In this document: in pieces, positions 19,551 to 27,156 of the stretch
How positions within the stretch are numbered: the first letter of the stretch is position 1
How the letters are laid out: each line of letters starts with the position of its first letter
Assembly: GCA_035573955.1 (NCBI GenBank)
Contig: DATLZO010000019.1
Location: 161-64,160, forward strand
Reading direction: 5' to 3'
Length of the DNA: 64,000 nt
Origin: Minisyncoccota bacterium
GTDB taxonomy: Bacteria > Patescibacteriota > Minisyncoccia > UBA6257 > GWB1-50-10
Position numbers and translations under genes: made by a program
The notes under the pieces: generated by a model
What the model was told of the DNA's origin: nothing
What the model saw: the letters and a program-made list of their open reading frames with translations, nothing else
Database searches by the model: none

Positions 19551-19577
19551 GGTGATATACTTAAAAGTAATACCACC
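19551..19577. repeat. copy of dispersed palindromic element (GGTGATATACTTAAAAGTAATACCACC)
   Basis: matches the GGTGGTATA-n5-6-TATACCACC copies at 35420, 37514 and 44106. Confidence 0.4.
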
Positions 19578-19600
19578 TTACAACTTCCAATATTCTAAGT

Positions 19601-19645
19601 ATTGACGTTTGATTTTAGGATGTCGGAAGTCCTAATATTGAAAGT
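19601..19645 (+). promoter_or_regulatory. conserved upstream element of Cys-rich paralog 1 (ATTGACGT...GGATGTCGGAAGTCC...AATATTGAAAG-ATG)
   Basis: aligns motif by motif with the region upstream of paralog 2 (51438-51496, minus strand). Confidence 0.35.
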
Positions 19646-21397
19646 ATGAACTCGGAAACAAAAACCTGCCAGAATTGTAAGCAATCTTTTAAGATTGAGG
19701 CGGACGACTTTAATTTTTACGAAAAAATTAATGTTCCGCCGCCGACGTGGTGTCCCAACTGCCGGGCGCAGCGGAGATTGATTTTCCGCAACGAGCGAAC
19801 CCTATATAGAAGAAAATGCGACCTCTGCGGTAAAGATATCATTTCAATTTTCCATAAAGATAGCCCGCAGACCGTTTACTGCCAGCCATGTTGGTGGTCG
19901 GACAAGTGGGATCCGACTTCATACAGTCGCGATTACGATTTCTCTCGTCCGTTTTTCGAACAGTTCCTCGAGTTATACCGGAAAGTACCGTTGCCGGCAC
20001 TCTCCACTTTTTATACGACTTTAGTGAACAGTGAATATGTCAATCAAGCCGGATATATGAAGAATTGCTACCTCCTCTTTGATTCGGACTACGACGAGAA
20101 CTGCGCTTATGGAACGGAGGTTGAGCACAGTCATGATTGTTTTGATTGCCTGATGATAAACGGCTGTAGCCTTGCTTATGAGTGTGTTAACTGCCAGAAG
20201 TGTTACGAGATTTTTTACTCTATGGATTGCGATAACTCACATCACGTCTGGTTTTCCCGAGATCTTATCGGCTGCTCTTACTGTTTCGGTTGCACGAATT
20301 TGAGAAACAAGCAGTATCATATTTTCAACAAGCCTTACTCGAAGGAAGAGTATGAGAGAGAAATAAAGCGGCTAAGTCCCAATTCCAAAGAGAAAGTTCT
20401 GGAGATGAAAGAAAAAGTCGAAGAGTTCTTTCTTACTTTCCCACGTAAGTACATTCGCGGTCGGCAAAACACCAACGTTTCGGGCGATTATATCCATCAT
20501 TCCAAGGAAGTGTTCAATTCTTACATCGTTACCGAAGCACAGAATTGCAAGTATTGCATGTGGTTAATCGTGAAACCCATAAAAGACTGCTGGGATTACG
20601 CGGGGTTTGGCAACAACGCCCAGAATATGTATGAAAACATGAATTGCGGCCAAGATGTAAGCGATATTAGTTTTTCGTCGTTTGTATTTATATCTTCTTC
20701 TCGCATTAAATACTCGATATTTTGTTATTCTTCTCAAGACCTATTCGGCTGTGTCGGTCTGCGTCGAAAATCTTACTACATCTTCAATAAAGAATACTCT
20801 AAAGAAGACTATGAAAAGCTTGTTCCTCAAATAATTGAGCATATGAATAAAATGCCCTATACCGACGGTAAGGGGAGGGTTTACAAGTACGGAGAATTCT
20901 TCCCGCCTGATCTTTCACCTTTCGCTTATAACGAAACGACGGCGATAGAGTATTTTCCGCTGACCGAAACGGAGGTTCTAGAGAATGGTTACAGTTGGAA
21001 GGAAACTGAGAAACGCGACTACAAAGTAACAACTGTTGGACCAGAACTCGAGTGGGTCATAGGCTGCGAGCACGGCGGCAAGTGCAATCATAATTGTACG
21101 ACTGCCTTTAAATTGATACCCCAAGAACTGCAATTTTATAAGAGGATGAATATTCCTTTGCCTCAACTTTGTCATAACTGCCGGCATCACGAACGATTGG
21201 GGCAGAGAAATATTTTCAAACTCTCCCATCGGCGGTGTCAGTGCGCAGGTGCAAGTTCGGAGAATAAAGTCTACCAGAACAACCATTCCCACTTCCACGG
21301 TGCCGAACATTGCCCCAACGAATTTGAAACTTCTTATTCCCCTGACCGGAAAGAAATTGTCTACTGCGAACAGTGCTACAACACCGAAGTCGCATAG
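19646..21397 (+). CDS. large cysteine-rich protein, paralog 1 (583 aa), with duplicated terminal zinc-ribbon-like modules
   Basis: N- and C-terminal modules share C..C...F.I...FY.K.N.P.P..C.NCR..RRL.FRN...LY.R.C..C; centre is full of CxxC pairs with an internal repeat LRNKQYHIFNK / LRRKSYYIFNK. Confidence 0.7.
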   Translation: MNSETKTCQNCKQSFKIEADDFNFYEKINVPPPTWCPNCRAQRRLIFRNERTLYRRKCDLCGKDIISIFHKDSPQTVYCQPCWWSDKWDPTSYSRDYDFSRPFFEQFLELYRKVPLPALSTFYTTLVNSEYVNQAGYMKNCYLLFDSDYDENCAYGTEVEHSHDCFDCLMINGCSLAYECVNCQKCYEIFYSMDCDNSHHVWFSRDLIGCSYCFGCTNLRNKQYHIFNKPYSKEEYEREIKRLSPNSKEKVLEMKEKVEEFFLTFPRKYIRGRQNTNVSGDYIHHSKEVFNSYIVTEAQNCKYCMWLIVKPIKDCWDYAGFGNNAQNMYENMNCGQDVSDISFSSFVFISSSRIKYSIFCYSSQDLFGCVGLRRKSYYIFNKEYSKEDYEKLVPQIIEHMNKMPYTDGKGRVYKYGEFFPPDLSPFAYNETTAIEYFPLTETEVLENGYSWKETEKRDYKVTTVGPELEWVIGCEHGGKCNHNCTTAFKLIPQELQFYKRMNIPLPQLCHNCRHHERLGQRNIFKLSHRRCQCAGASSENKVYQNNHSHFHGAEHCPNEFETSYSPDRKEIVYCEQCYNTEVA

Positions 21398-21437
21398 TTT
21401 GACTAATTTCTGATTTCTAATTACCATTTACTAATCT

Positions 21438-21800
21438 ATGTTAGCCATTAAACTACAAAGACGGGGCAAAAAACATCAAGCCTCTTTCCGTTTGATTGTT
21501 ACTGAGAAGCGTTCTAAACTCGGCGGGCGTTTCATAGAAGATTTGGGATGGCTTGACCCCAAGGCAAAGAAATCGGAAGTGAAAAAGGATAAGATTGAAC
21601 ACTGGCTCAAGGTTGGTGCGAAACCGACGCCGAGCGTTCACAATCTTCTCGTGAGGGAAGGTGTCCTGAAGGCGCCTAAAATACCTGTTCACAAGAAGTC
21701 CAAGAAGACGGTTGACAAAGAAACATCGCCCACTCCAGTGGCCGCCTCTTCCACCACGGTAGAGACTGTTCCGGCCAGTCCACAAAGTGAAGCTAAGTAA
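21438..21800 (+). CDS. rpsP: 30S ribosomal protein S16
   Basis: MLAIKLQRRGKKHQASFRLIVTEKRSKLGGRFIEDLGWLDP; K/S-rich C-terminal tail. Confidence 0.9.
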   Translation: MLAIKLQRRGKKHQASFRLIVTEKRSKLGGRFIEDLGWLDPKAKKSEVKKDKIEHWLKVGAKPTPSVHNLLVREGVLKAPKIPVHKKSKKTVDKETSPTPVAASSTTVETVPASPQSEAK

Positions 21801-21853
21801 TTTAAAATCCCTAAAGGTCGAAGTGGTTTCGTGATGGCAAGTGAGGGAAGTTT

Positions 21854-22141
21854 ATGTCCAAAATGGCTGATCAGGAATTCCTGGAATATCTAGTGAAATC
21901 CATCGTCGACCACCCCGACGATGTCAAAGTTGAGCGGAAGGTTGACGAACGCGGCGTTCTCATTTCTCTTAAAGTCCATCCGCAGGATATGGGCCAGGTT
22001 GTCGGCCGGCAAGGCGCGACAGCCAAGGCGGTCCGAACGCTTCTGCGGATCGTCGGGATGAAGAATAACGCCCGAGTCAATCTGAAAATTGAGGAGCCGG
22101 AGGGCTCGACTAGAGGCCCGCAGCCGGAGAGGGAGAGATAG
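21854..22141 (+). CDS. KH-domain RNA-binding protein (YlqC/UPF0109 family)
   Basis: VGRQGATAKAVRTLLRIVG KH GxxG core; typical position after rpsP. Confidence 0.8.
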   Translation: MSKMADQEFLEYLVKSIVDHPDDVKVERKVDERGVLISLKVHPQDMGQVVGRQGATAKAVRTLLRIVGMKNNARVNLKIEEPEGSTRGPQPERER

Positions 22142-22156
22142 GGCGGCAACGCTGCA

Positions 22157-22190
22157 CCCGCCTCTCTTTTTAGAGAGGCGGGATTTTTCT
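22157..22190 (+). terminator. rho-independent terminator
   Basis: CCCGCCTCTC-loop-GAGAGGCGGG followed by ATTTTT. Confidence 0.6.
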
Positions 22191-22285
22191 TAAACTTAGT
22201 AAAGGGCCCCGCGAAAATTTATTTTCGCGATGGGCAAACTAACTAATTTCAAATGTTTTTGAGACAAAGTTTATAATTAACCTAA

Positions 22286-22975
22286 ATGATCACGTTTAGC
22301 GTTGTGACAATAATGCCGGAGATTTTCGATTCGTATCTTAAGATGTCTATCATCGGGCGGGCGGTGAAGAAAAAGCTGGTAAAGCTGAATTTTGTGAATC
22401 CAAGGCGCTTTACCAAAGACCGCCACAAAACAGTTGATGACCGGTCTTACGGCGGGGGAGCAGGTATGGTTCTTAAACCCGAACCTCTCTTAAAAGCGGT
22501 GGATTATCTGAAAAATAAGTCCAAAAACAGTAAGCAAAAAATAGTGTTGCTTTCCGCCAAAGGCAAACAGTTCAACCAGAAAATGGCTTACCATTGGGCC
22601 AAAAGTTACAAAAACATTATTTTTATCTCCGGTCGTTATGAGGGGATTGATGAGCGAGTGAGGATTGCACTGAAAGCCGAGGAAATATCCATAGGTCCCT
22701 ACATCCTGACCGACGGCGATGTGGCCGTGATGGCGATTATTTCAGCTGTCACCCGTCTCATTCCCGGCGCCATTAAACTGGAATCTCTCTATGAGGAGTC
22801 GCACTGGAACGTGAGATTGAAAAAAGATGAACGAGGCAAGTTGGAATACCCGCACTACACCCGACCGGAGACGCTCGTCTACCAGGGAAGGAAATATCGT
22901 GTCCCAAAAGTCCTTCTCTCCGGCGACCATCAGAAGATCGAGAAATGGCGTAAAGAACACCAGAAGACCGTTTAA
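22286..22975 (+). CDS. trmD: tRNA (guanine37-N1)-methyltransferase
   Basis: SPOUT fold motifs YGGGAGMVLKPEP, SGRYEGIDERV. Confidence 0.9.
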   Translation: MITFSVVTIMPEIFDSYLKMSIIGRAVKKKLVKLNFVNPRRFTKDRHKTVDDRSYGGGAGMVLKPEPLLKAVDYLKNKSKNSKQKIVLLSAKGKQFNQKMAYHWAKSYKNIIFISGRYEGIDERVRIALKAEEISIGPYILTDGDVAVMAIISAVTRLIPGAIKLESLYEESHWNVRLKKDERGKLEYPHYTRPETLVYQGRKYRVPKVLLSGDHQKIEKWRKEHQKTV

Positions 22976-23013
22976 TTGACACAAGAGACCGTTTTAAACT
23001 AACATAAAGTCCT

Positions 23014-23745
23014 ATGCCCGAAGCTATTTTAGATGAATCCAAGGTGACCGAACTTGCCATGAAGGGCGTGATTTTGGGCCACAAGAAATCCAAGACTCAT
23101 CCTTTAATGAGGCCTATTATCATCGACACCAAGAACGACATAGAGCTCTTAGATCCCCAGGCAGTGGTGTCGAGTCTCGAGCGGGCTGTTGCCTTTGTTA
23201 AAGAAAAGGCGAAACCCGGTTATCTCGCCTTTTTCGTTGCCACTATTCCTGGCATTAAGGACGACGTTAAGGCTTTTGCCGAGGAGTTTGCAATGCCTTA
23301 CGTCGTGAACCGCTGGCTCGGAGGTACGCTCACTAATTTTCCCGTCATTTCAAAGCAAGTCCGCCATTACGAGGATCTTATTGCCAAGCAAGAAAGAGGA
23401 GAGCTTGCTAAGTACACCAAGAAAGAACAGCAGGGTTTTGCGAAGGAGATAGAGAAAATGAGGGGCAATCTTCAGGGACTCATCCGTCTCACGCGTCTTC
23501 CAGATTGGATGTTCATCGTCGACATTAAGGAGCACGAGACGGCGGTTCGGGAAGCGAAGAAGATTGGCATCCCCGTTGTTGCGATAGTAGACAGCGATGA
23601 TGATCCAACGCTCGTCACGTATCCGATTTACGCTTCCGACCATGCCCGGGAAAGCGTGAAGTGGGTAATGGAGGGTATCGGTCAGGCGCTTCGGGACGCG
23701 GCGCAGGCCCCGGTTAATGCCGAAACGGTGATCGAAACCAAATGA
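23014..23745 (+). CDS. rpsB: 30S ribosomal protein S2
   Basis: S2 family motifs through VNRWLGGTLTNF, VVAIVDSDDDP. Confidence 0.92.
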   Translation: MPEAILDESKVTELAMKGVILGHKKSKTHPLMRPIIIDTKNDIELLDPQAVVSSLERAVAFVKEKAKPGYLAFFVATIPGIKDDVKAFAEEFAMPYVVNRWLGGTLTNFPVISKQVRHYEDLIAKQERGELAKYTKKEQQGFAKEIEKMRGNLQGLIRLTRLPDWMFIVDIKEHETAVREAKKIGIPVVAIVDSDDDPTLVTYPIYASDHARESVKWVMEGIGQALRDAAQAPVNAETVIETK

Positions 23746-24182
23746 CCGACGACGTCAAAAAACTGAGAGATATGACTGGCGCGGGAGTGATGGACTGCCA
23801 GCGCGCTTTAGAAGAAGCAAAGGGCAATTTTGAGACAGCGCTGAAGCTCATCAAGGAGCGTGGAGTGCTTATTGCCGAGAGGAAAGGGGAAAGAAAGACT
23901 GGCGTCGGCATCATCGAGTCTTATGTTCACAACGGTCGCATAGGAGTTCTTCTTGAGATGCGCACGGAGACGGATTTCGTTGCGCGATCGGAGCCTTTCC
24001 GCGAGCTTGCTCATGAACTCGCCATGCAAATTTCGGCGATGGCGCCGGCGGATGTCCAGACGCTTTTGAAACAACCCTACATCAAGGACGAAGCGACAAC
24101 GGTTGAGGATATTGTTAAACGAACAATTGCCAAAGTTGGCGAGAATATAAAAGTGGAGAGATTCACGCGTTACGAGATCTAA
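23742..24182 (+). CDS. tsf: elongation factor Ts (short 146-aa form)
   Basis: VKKLRDMTGAGVMDCQRALEEAKGNFETALKLI UBA-like N-terminus; rpsB-tsf synteny. Confidence 0.85.
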   Translation: MTDDVKKLRDMTGAGVMDCQRALEEAKGNFETALKLIKERGVLIAERKGERKTGVGIIESYVHNGRIGVLLEMRTETDFVARSEPFRELAHELAMQISAMAPADVQTLLKQPYIKDEATTVEDIVKRTIAKVGENIKVERFTRYEI

Positions 24183-24496
24183 TGTCCTTGCAATTCACTC
24201 TAGAAATCTTGATAATGCTGTCTTTGGGGGTTATTCTTTATCTTGCGGCGCGGACGCTGCCGCGTATAGACGATCGGGAAGAAGCTGGTCTCGGTTTCAA
24301 GACGCATTGGTTCGTAGCGCTGCTTGAGCGGGCCGATGAACGGCTTACGGCTGTCCGAGAGAAAATGCTCCGCAGGGCGGGGGTGATGGTTTTAAAGATC
24401 TCGAACGACATTAATTCCCGGCTCGCGAAAATTAAAAAGGTTAACGAAAAAGAAAGCGTTCTCCCTGATATGAGCGGTGAGAACAAGGGGGAATAG
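24182..24496 (+). CDS. hypothetical small membrane protein
   Basis: 104 aa with N-terminal TM helix; no family recognised. Confidence 0.4.
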   Translation: MSLQFTLEILIMLSLGVILYLAARTLPRIDDREEAGLGFKTHWFVALLERADERLTAVREKMLRRAGVMVLKISNDINSRLAKIKKVNEKESVLPDMSGENKGE

Positions 24497-24499
24497 ATC

Positions 24500-24586
24500 G
24501 CGTCGGTGGCAGAGTGGTCAATTGCACTTGACTGTAAATCAAGCGCCCTTCGGGCTACGTAGGTTCGAATCCTACCCGGCGCACCA
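24500..24586 (+). tRNA. tRNA-Tyr (anticodon GTA)
   Basis: manual cloverleaf: acceptor GCGTCGG/CCGGCGC, anticodon loop CTGTAAA, long variable arm, encoded CCA. Confidence 0.85.
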
Positions 24587-24762
24587 GACATGAAAAGTCA
24601 AAGAGTTTTGGTTTGTCTCGCTTCGCTCGACGGCCATTTTGTATTTGGATTTTCGGGGCAAAAACGAATTGGCGATTTTGAAGGAAGAAAAGAAAATTTC
24701 TTAATTATTGATTTTCTGGGATTTTGACTAAAAAACAGAAGAAATGTTGATTTTTGTTGGGA

Positions 24763-24791
24763 TTGACATAAGGCTTTAAATATGCTAGATT
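24763..24791 (+). promoter_or_regulatory. putative promoter TTGACA-17-TAGATT for the GC-rich gene pair
   Basis: read directly. Confidence 0.45.
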
Positions 24792-24863
24792 TTCATTAGT
24801 AAACAATCGAGCTATTGTGGCTTGATTGCAGCACATTTCAACAAGCGAGGAGGTTGCAAAACC

Positions 24864-25148
24864 ATGATGACGATGGCGGTCCGCTATCCGTTCCTGTTTC
24901 TGTTCAGGATCACCGGTCAACTCACTCCGCTCTTCGAGCGCGCGAACTACACGGCGATCGGTTTCTCCGGTCATGTTTCGATGCTCGACGAGGACATTGC
25001 AAAGGAGCGCAAGCTCAAGCCGCTCAACCGCTTCGAGCGATGGCTCTTGAAGCCCATCATCGAGGACGAACAGACGCGGCGTCGCGAGTGCTTCTGGCAA
25101 GCCATCATCGAGGTCACAGGAAAAGGCCCGGACACCGACTGGTCGTGA
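24864..25148 (+). CDS. hypothetical protein (94 aa), GC-rich, SD-bearing
   Basis: GAGGAGG upstream of ATGATGACGATG; local GC clearly above the flanks; long antisense ORFs reflect that GC. Confidence 0.5.
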   Translation: MMTMAVRYPFLFLFRITGQLTPLFERANYTAIGFSGHVSMLDEDIAKERKLKPLNRFERWLLKPIIEDEQTRRRECFWQAIIEVTGKGPDTDWS

Positions 25149-25181
25149 ACGAAATCCAACCAACCACGAAGGAGGCGCTGC

Positions 25182-25430
25182 ATGGCACAGACTGCAACGA
25201 CAGCGACGAAGAACAAGTTCGGGAGCAATCAGTTCCCGATCCACTACGAGGGTGGCTACCTGCGGGTTTACACGAACCCGTCAGGTGAGCTCTTCGTAGA
25301 GGACACCCGTTCAGGTGTCTCGATGCGGATCAATCCGTCTCATCCTGGTGGTCTCCAGTTCACCACCGATGGCCGGGTCGAGCCCATCCGAGTCACCAAC
25401 ACGATCGGGTGGTGTGTCGAACGTCGCTAG
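25182..25430 (+). CDS. hypothetical protein (82 aa), GC-rich, SD-bearing
   Basis: AAGGAGG-7 nt-ATG; followed by a terminator. Confidence 0.55.
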   Translation: MAQTATTATKNKFGSNQFPIHYEGGYLRVYTNPSGELFVEDTRSGVSMRINPSHPGGLQFTTDGRVEPIRVTNTIGWCVERR

Positions 25431-25454
25431 ACTAACGAGCTTCGCGCTCGGTCA

Positions 25455-25497
25455 GAACCCACCATGTCACAAGACCTCTGGTGGGTTTCTTATTTTT
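25455..25497 (+). terminator. rho-independent terminator
   Basis: AACCCACCA...TGGTGGGTT stem followed by TCTTATTTTT. Confidence 0.55.
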
Positions 25498-25756
25498 GAT
25501 TTATTCCATTATTTTTATATAATGCATTTGTATTCGCTTCGCGAATTCTGAATTAGTTGCCGCCAAAGAAAAATTGGAGATTGTTAGATCTCGCGGCGAA
25601 GCCGCACCAAAATTCGCAGGTGGTTCCTCGCCGCCGCAGGCGGCGAAAACGGTTCACGCTATTTCAAGAATAGAGCACATCGCCACCAGCACGCTCTGCG
25701 TGAGGTGGCACCACTCGGAATAAATGATATCCTACGGTATAATTTATTCCTCGCTT

Positions 25757-25831
25757 GCCACCTTAGCTCAGCGGTAGAGCAACTGTTTTGTAAACAGTAG
25801 GTCCTCGGTTCAAATCCGAGAGGTGGCTCCA
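25757..25831 (+). tRNA. tRNA-Thr (anticodon TGT)
   Basis: manual fold: acceptor GCCACCT/AGGTGGC, anticodon loop TTTGTAA, T-arm CTCGG-TTCAAAT-CCGAG, CCA encoded; TGgTATAAT-like -10 about 15 nt upstream. Confidence 0.85.
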
Positions 25832-25839
25832 AAAGCGAC

Positions 25840-25912
25840 GCCAGAGTAGCTCAGTCGGCAGAGCACATCCATGGTAAGGATGGGGTCGGGAGTTCGATTC
25901 TCCCCTCTGGCT
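25840..25912 (+). tRNA. tRNA-Thr (anticodon GGT)
   Basis: acceptor GCCAGAG/CTCTGGC, anticodon loop ATGGTAA, T-arm GGGAG-TTCGATT-CTCCC; CCA not encoded. Confidence 0.85.
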
Positions 25913-25952
25913 CAAAATTGATTTTTAGTCGCGGATTATCTATCCTATTATC

Positions 25953-26123
25953 GTGGCTCAATCAAAACTCAAGGAAAATCTAGTTAGGCTGAAGTGCACG
26001 GTTTGCAACCGGGTGAATTATTTCACGCGCAAGAACAAGAAACAGGTGGAGAGGAAATTGGAATACCGTAAATTCTGTACGTGGTGTAGGAAACATCAGT
26101 TGCATAAGGAAGCGAAAAAATAA
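25953..26123 (+). CDS. rpmG: 50S ribosomal protein L33 (GTG start; absent from the ORF track)
   Basis: translation VAQSKLKENLVRLKCTVCNRVNYFTRKNKKQVERKLEYRKFCTWCRKHQLHKEAKK; L33 zinc ribbon CxxC...CxxC. Confidence 0.75.
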   Translation: MAQSKLKENLVRLKCTVCNRVNYFTRKNKKQVERKLEYRKFCTWCRKHQLHKEAKK

Positions 26124-26197
26124 GGGGTCATAGTTCAATGGCAGAACGTCGGTCTCCAAAACCGATAATGGGGGTTCAACTCCCTCTGACCCCGCCA
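26124..26197 (+). tRNA. tRNA-Trp (anticodon CCA)
   Basis: acceptor GGGGTCA/TGACCCC, anticodon loop CTCCAAA, CCA encoded; classic rpmG/tRNA-Trp neighbourhood. Confidence 0.85.
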
Positions 26198-26247
26198 GTT
26201 AAATTTATTAGGGTTTTTATTGACTAATTCGCACGAATTAGCCGGTG

Positions 26248-26276
26248 TTGACGTTTATAATTTAATCTGATATAAT
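26248..26276 (+). promoter_or_regulatory. near-consensus promoter TTGACG-17-TATAAT
   Basis: read directly; drives the downstream GC-rich gene region. Confidence 0.5.
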
Positions 26277-26489
26277 TTAGAAAGCACAATTAAGGTTTTC
26301 TTAGTCAAGCTGTTCATCGGTTTCGTTTTTATTTATCTGGGTGTTCTCTTGCTGCTGGTAGCTATCGTGGGTGTTCTTCTACTGACACGGCGGTATCTCC
26401 AGTGGCGTGGAGAGCAGAAGATAATGAAAATGGCCAGTCTCCTGTTGTTTTCTCCAGCTAAGGAAGCCATAACGTACAAGGAGGATGCA

Positions 26490-27059
26490 ATGCAGCTCAA
26501 GAAGCGGATTAAGGCGCTCTTCAGTAGCAGTAGCGCCGAGAAGTTGCTCGCGGCACTCATGCCCGCGCTGCGGGAACTCCGAGCTAACCTGCGCTCGGTG
26601 GAATTCTCCAGGGACCCGCTCGCGGACATCATCCGATTTTTCAACTTCGTGTCTCCGTGGCAGGATCGCGGGCTCCGCGATGTGATCGCGGCCTTCAGAG
26701 ACGTGAACTACGGCCAGTACGACGATGTGCTCGAGAAGCTCAAGACGCTCCAACTGCACTTCGAGCGCGCGGGTCGGAGCAAGTACGGTTGGAATAGAAC
26801 CAAGCCCGGCGAGACCGTGACCGAGGACAACGTCTATCTCGGGAACATCTTCGGTCTCTGGACCAAGACCGTGCGGTTCTGGAAGGAGAGGAAGAACGAG
26901 CCGAAGGGCGGTTGGGGATTCTCTGGTATGGAGCACCTCAACCCCTACGACGTCGTCTCGGAGCAGGCCCGGAAGTATATGGAGACCCACATCGGTCCGA
27001 TGTGGGAGCTCATCACGGGACTCGACCAGCACGTGAGGCAGCGAGTCAGGGCCGCGTAG
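26490..27059 (+). CDS. hypothetical protein (189 aa), GC-rich, SD-bearing; possible N-terminal extension to 26349
   Basis: AAGGAGG-5 nt-ATG at 26490; protein-like composition on + strand, whereas the overlapping 230-aa minus ORF looks like GC-driven antisense. Confidence 0.5.
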   Translation: MQLKKRIKALFSSSSAEKLLAALMPALRELRANLRSVEFSRDPLADIIRFFNFVSPWQDRGLRDVIAAFRDVNYGQYDDVLEKLKTLQLHFERAGRSKYGWNRTKPGETVTEDNVYLGNIFGLWTKTVRFWKERKNEPKGGWGFSGMEHLNPYDVVSEQARKYMETHIGPMWELITGLDQHVRQRVRAA

Positions 27060-27084
27060 TTGTATCACCACCTTTCAAGCGAAC

Positions 27085-27127
27085 AAGGGGCTATCCGAAA
27101 GCATTCGGACGGCCCCTTTCGTTTTTT
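27085..27127 (+). terminator. rho-independent terminator
   Basis: AAGGGGC-TATCCGAAAGCATTCGGACG-GCCCCTT then TCGTTTTTT. Confidence 0.6.
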
Positions 27128-27156
27128 GGCCGACGTGTTAAATTAAAGGTGACAAT

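Noticed and set aside
24705-25288. ORFs 24705-25244 (minus strand, 179 aa) and 24815-25288 (plus strand, 157 aa) in the GC-rich islet
   Set aside because: They overlap the two SD-bearing small genes in other frames. They are Arg/His-rich with low-complexity composition typical of spurious frames in GC-rich DNA.
26379-27071. 230-aa minus-strand ORF fully overlapping the 26490-27059 plus-strand gene
   Set aside because: Composition (L/R/P/G/H-rich, antisense-like) and the lack of a start context suggest a GC-driven shadow ORF. The plus-strand frame has an SD, a promoter and a terminator.
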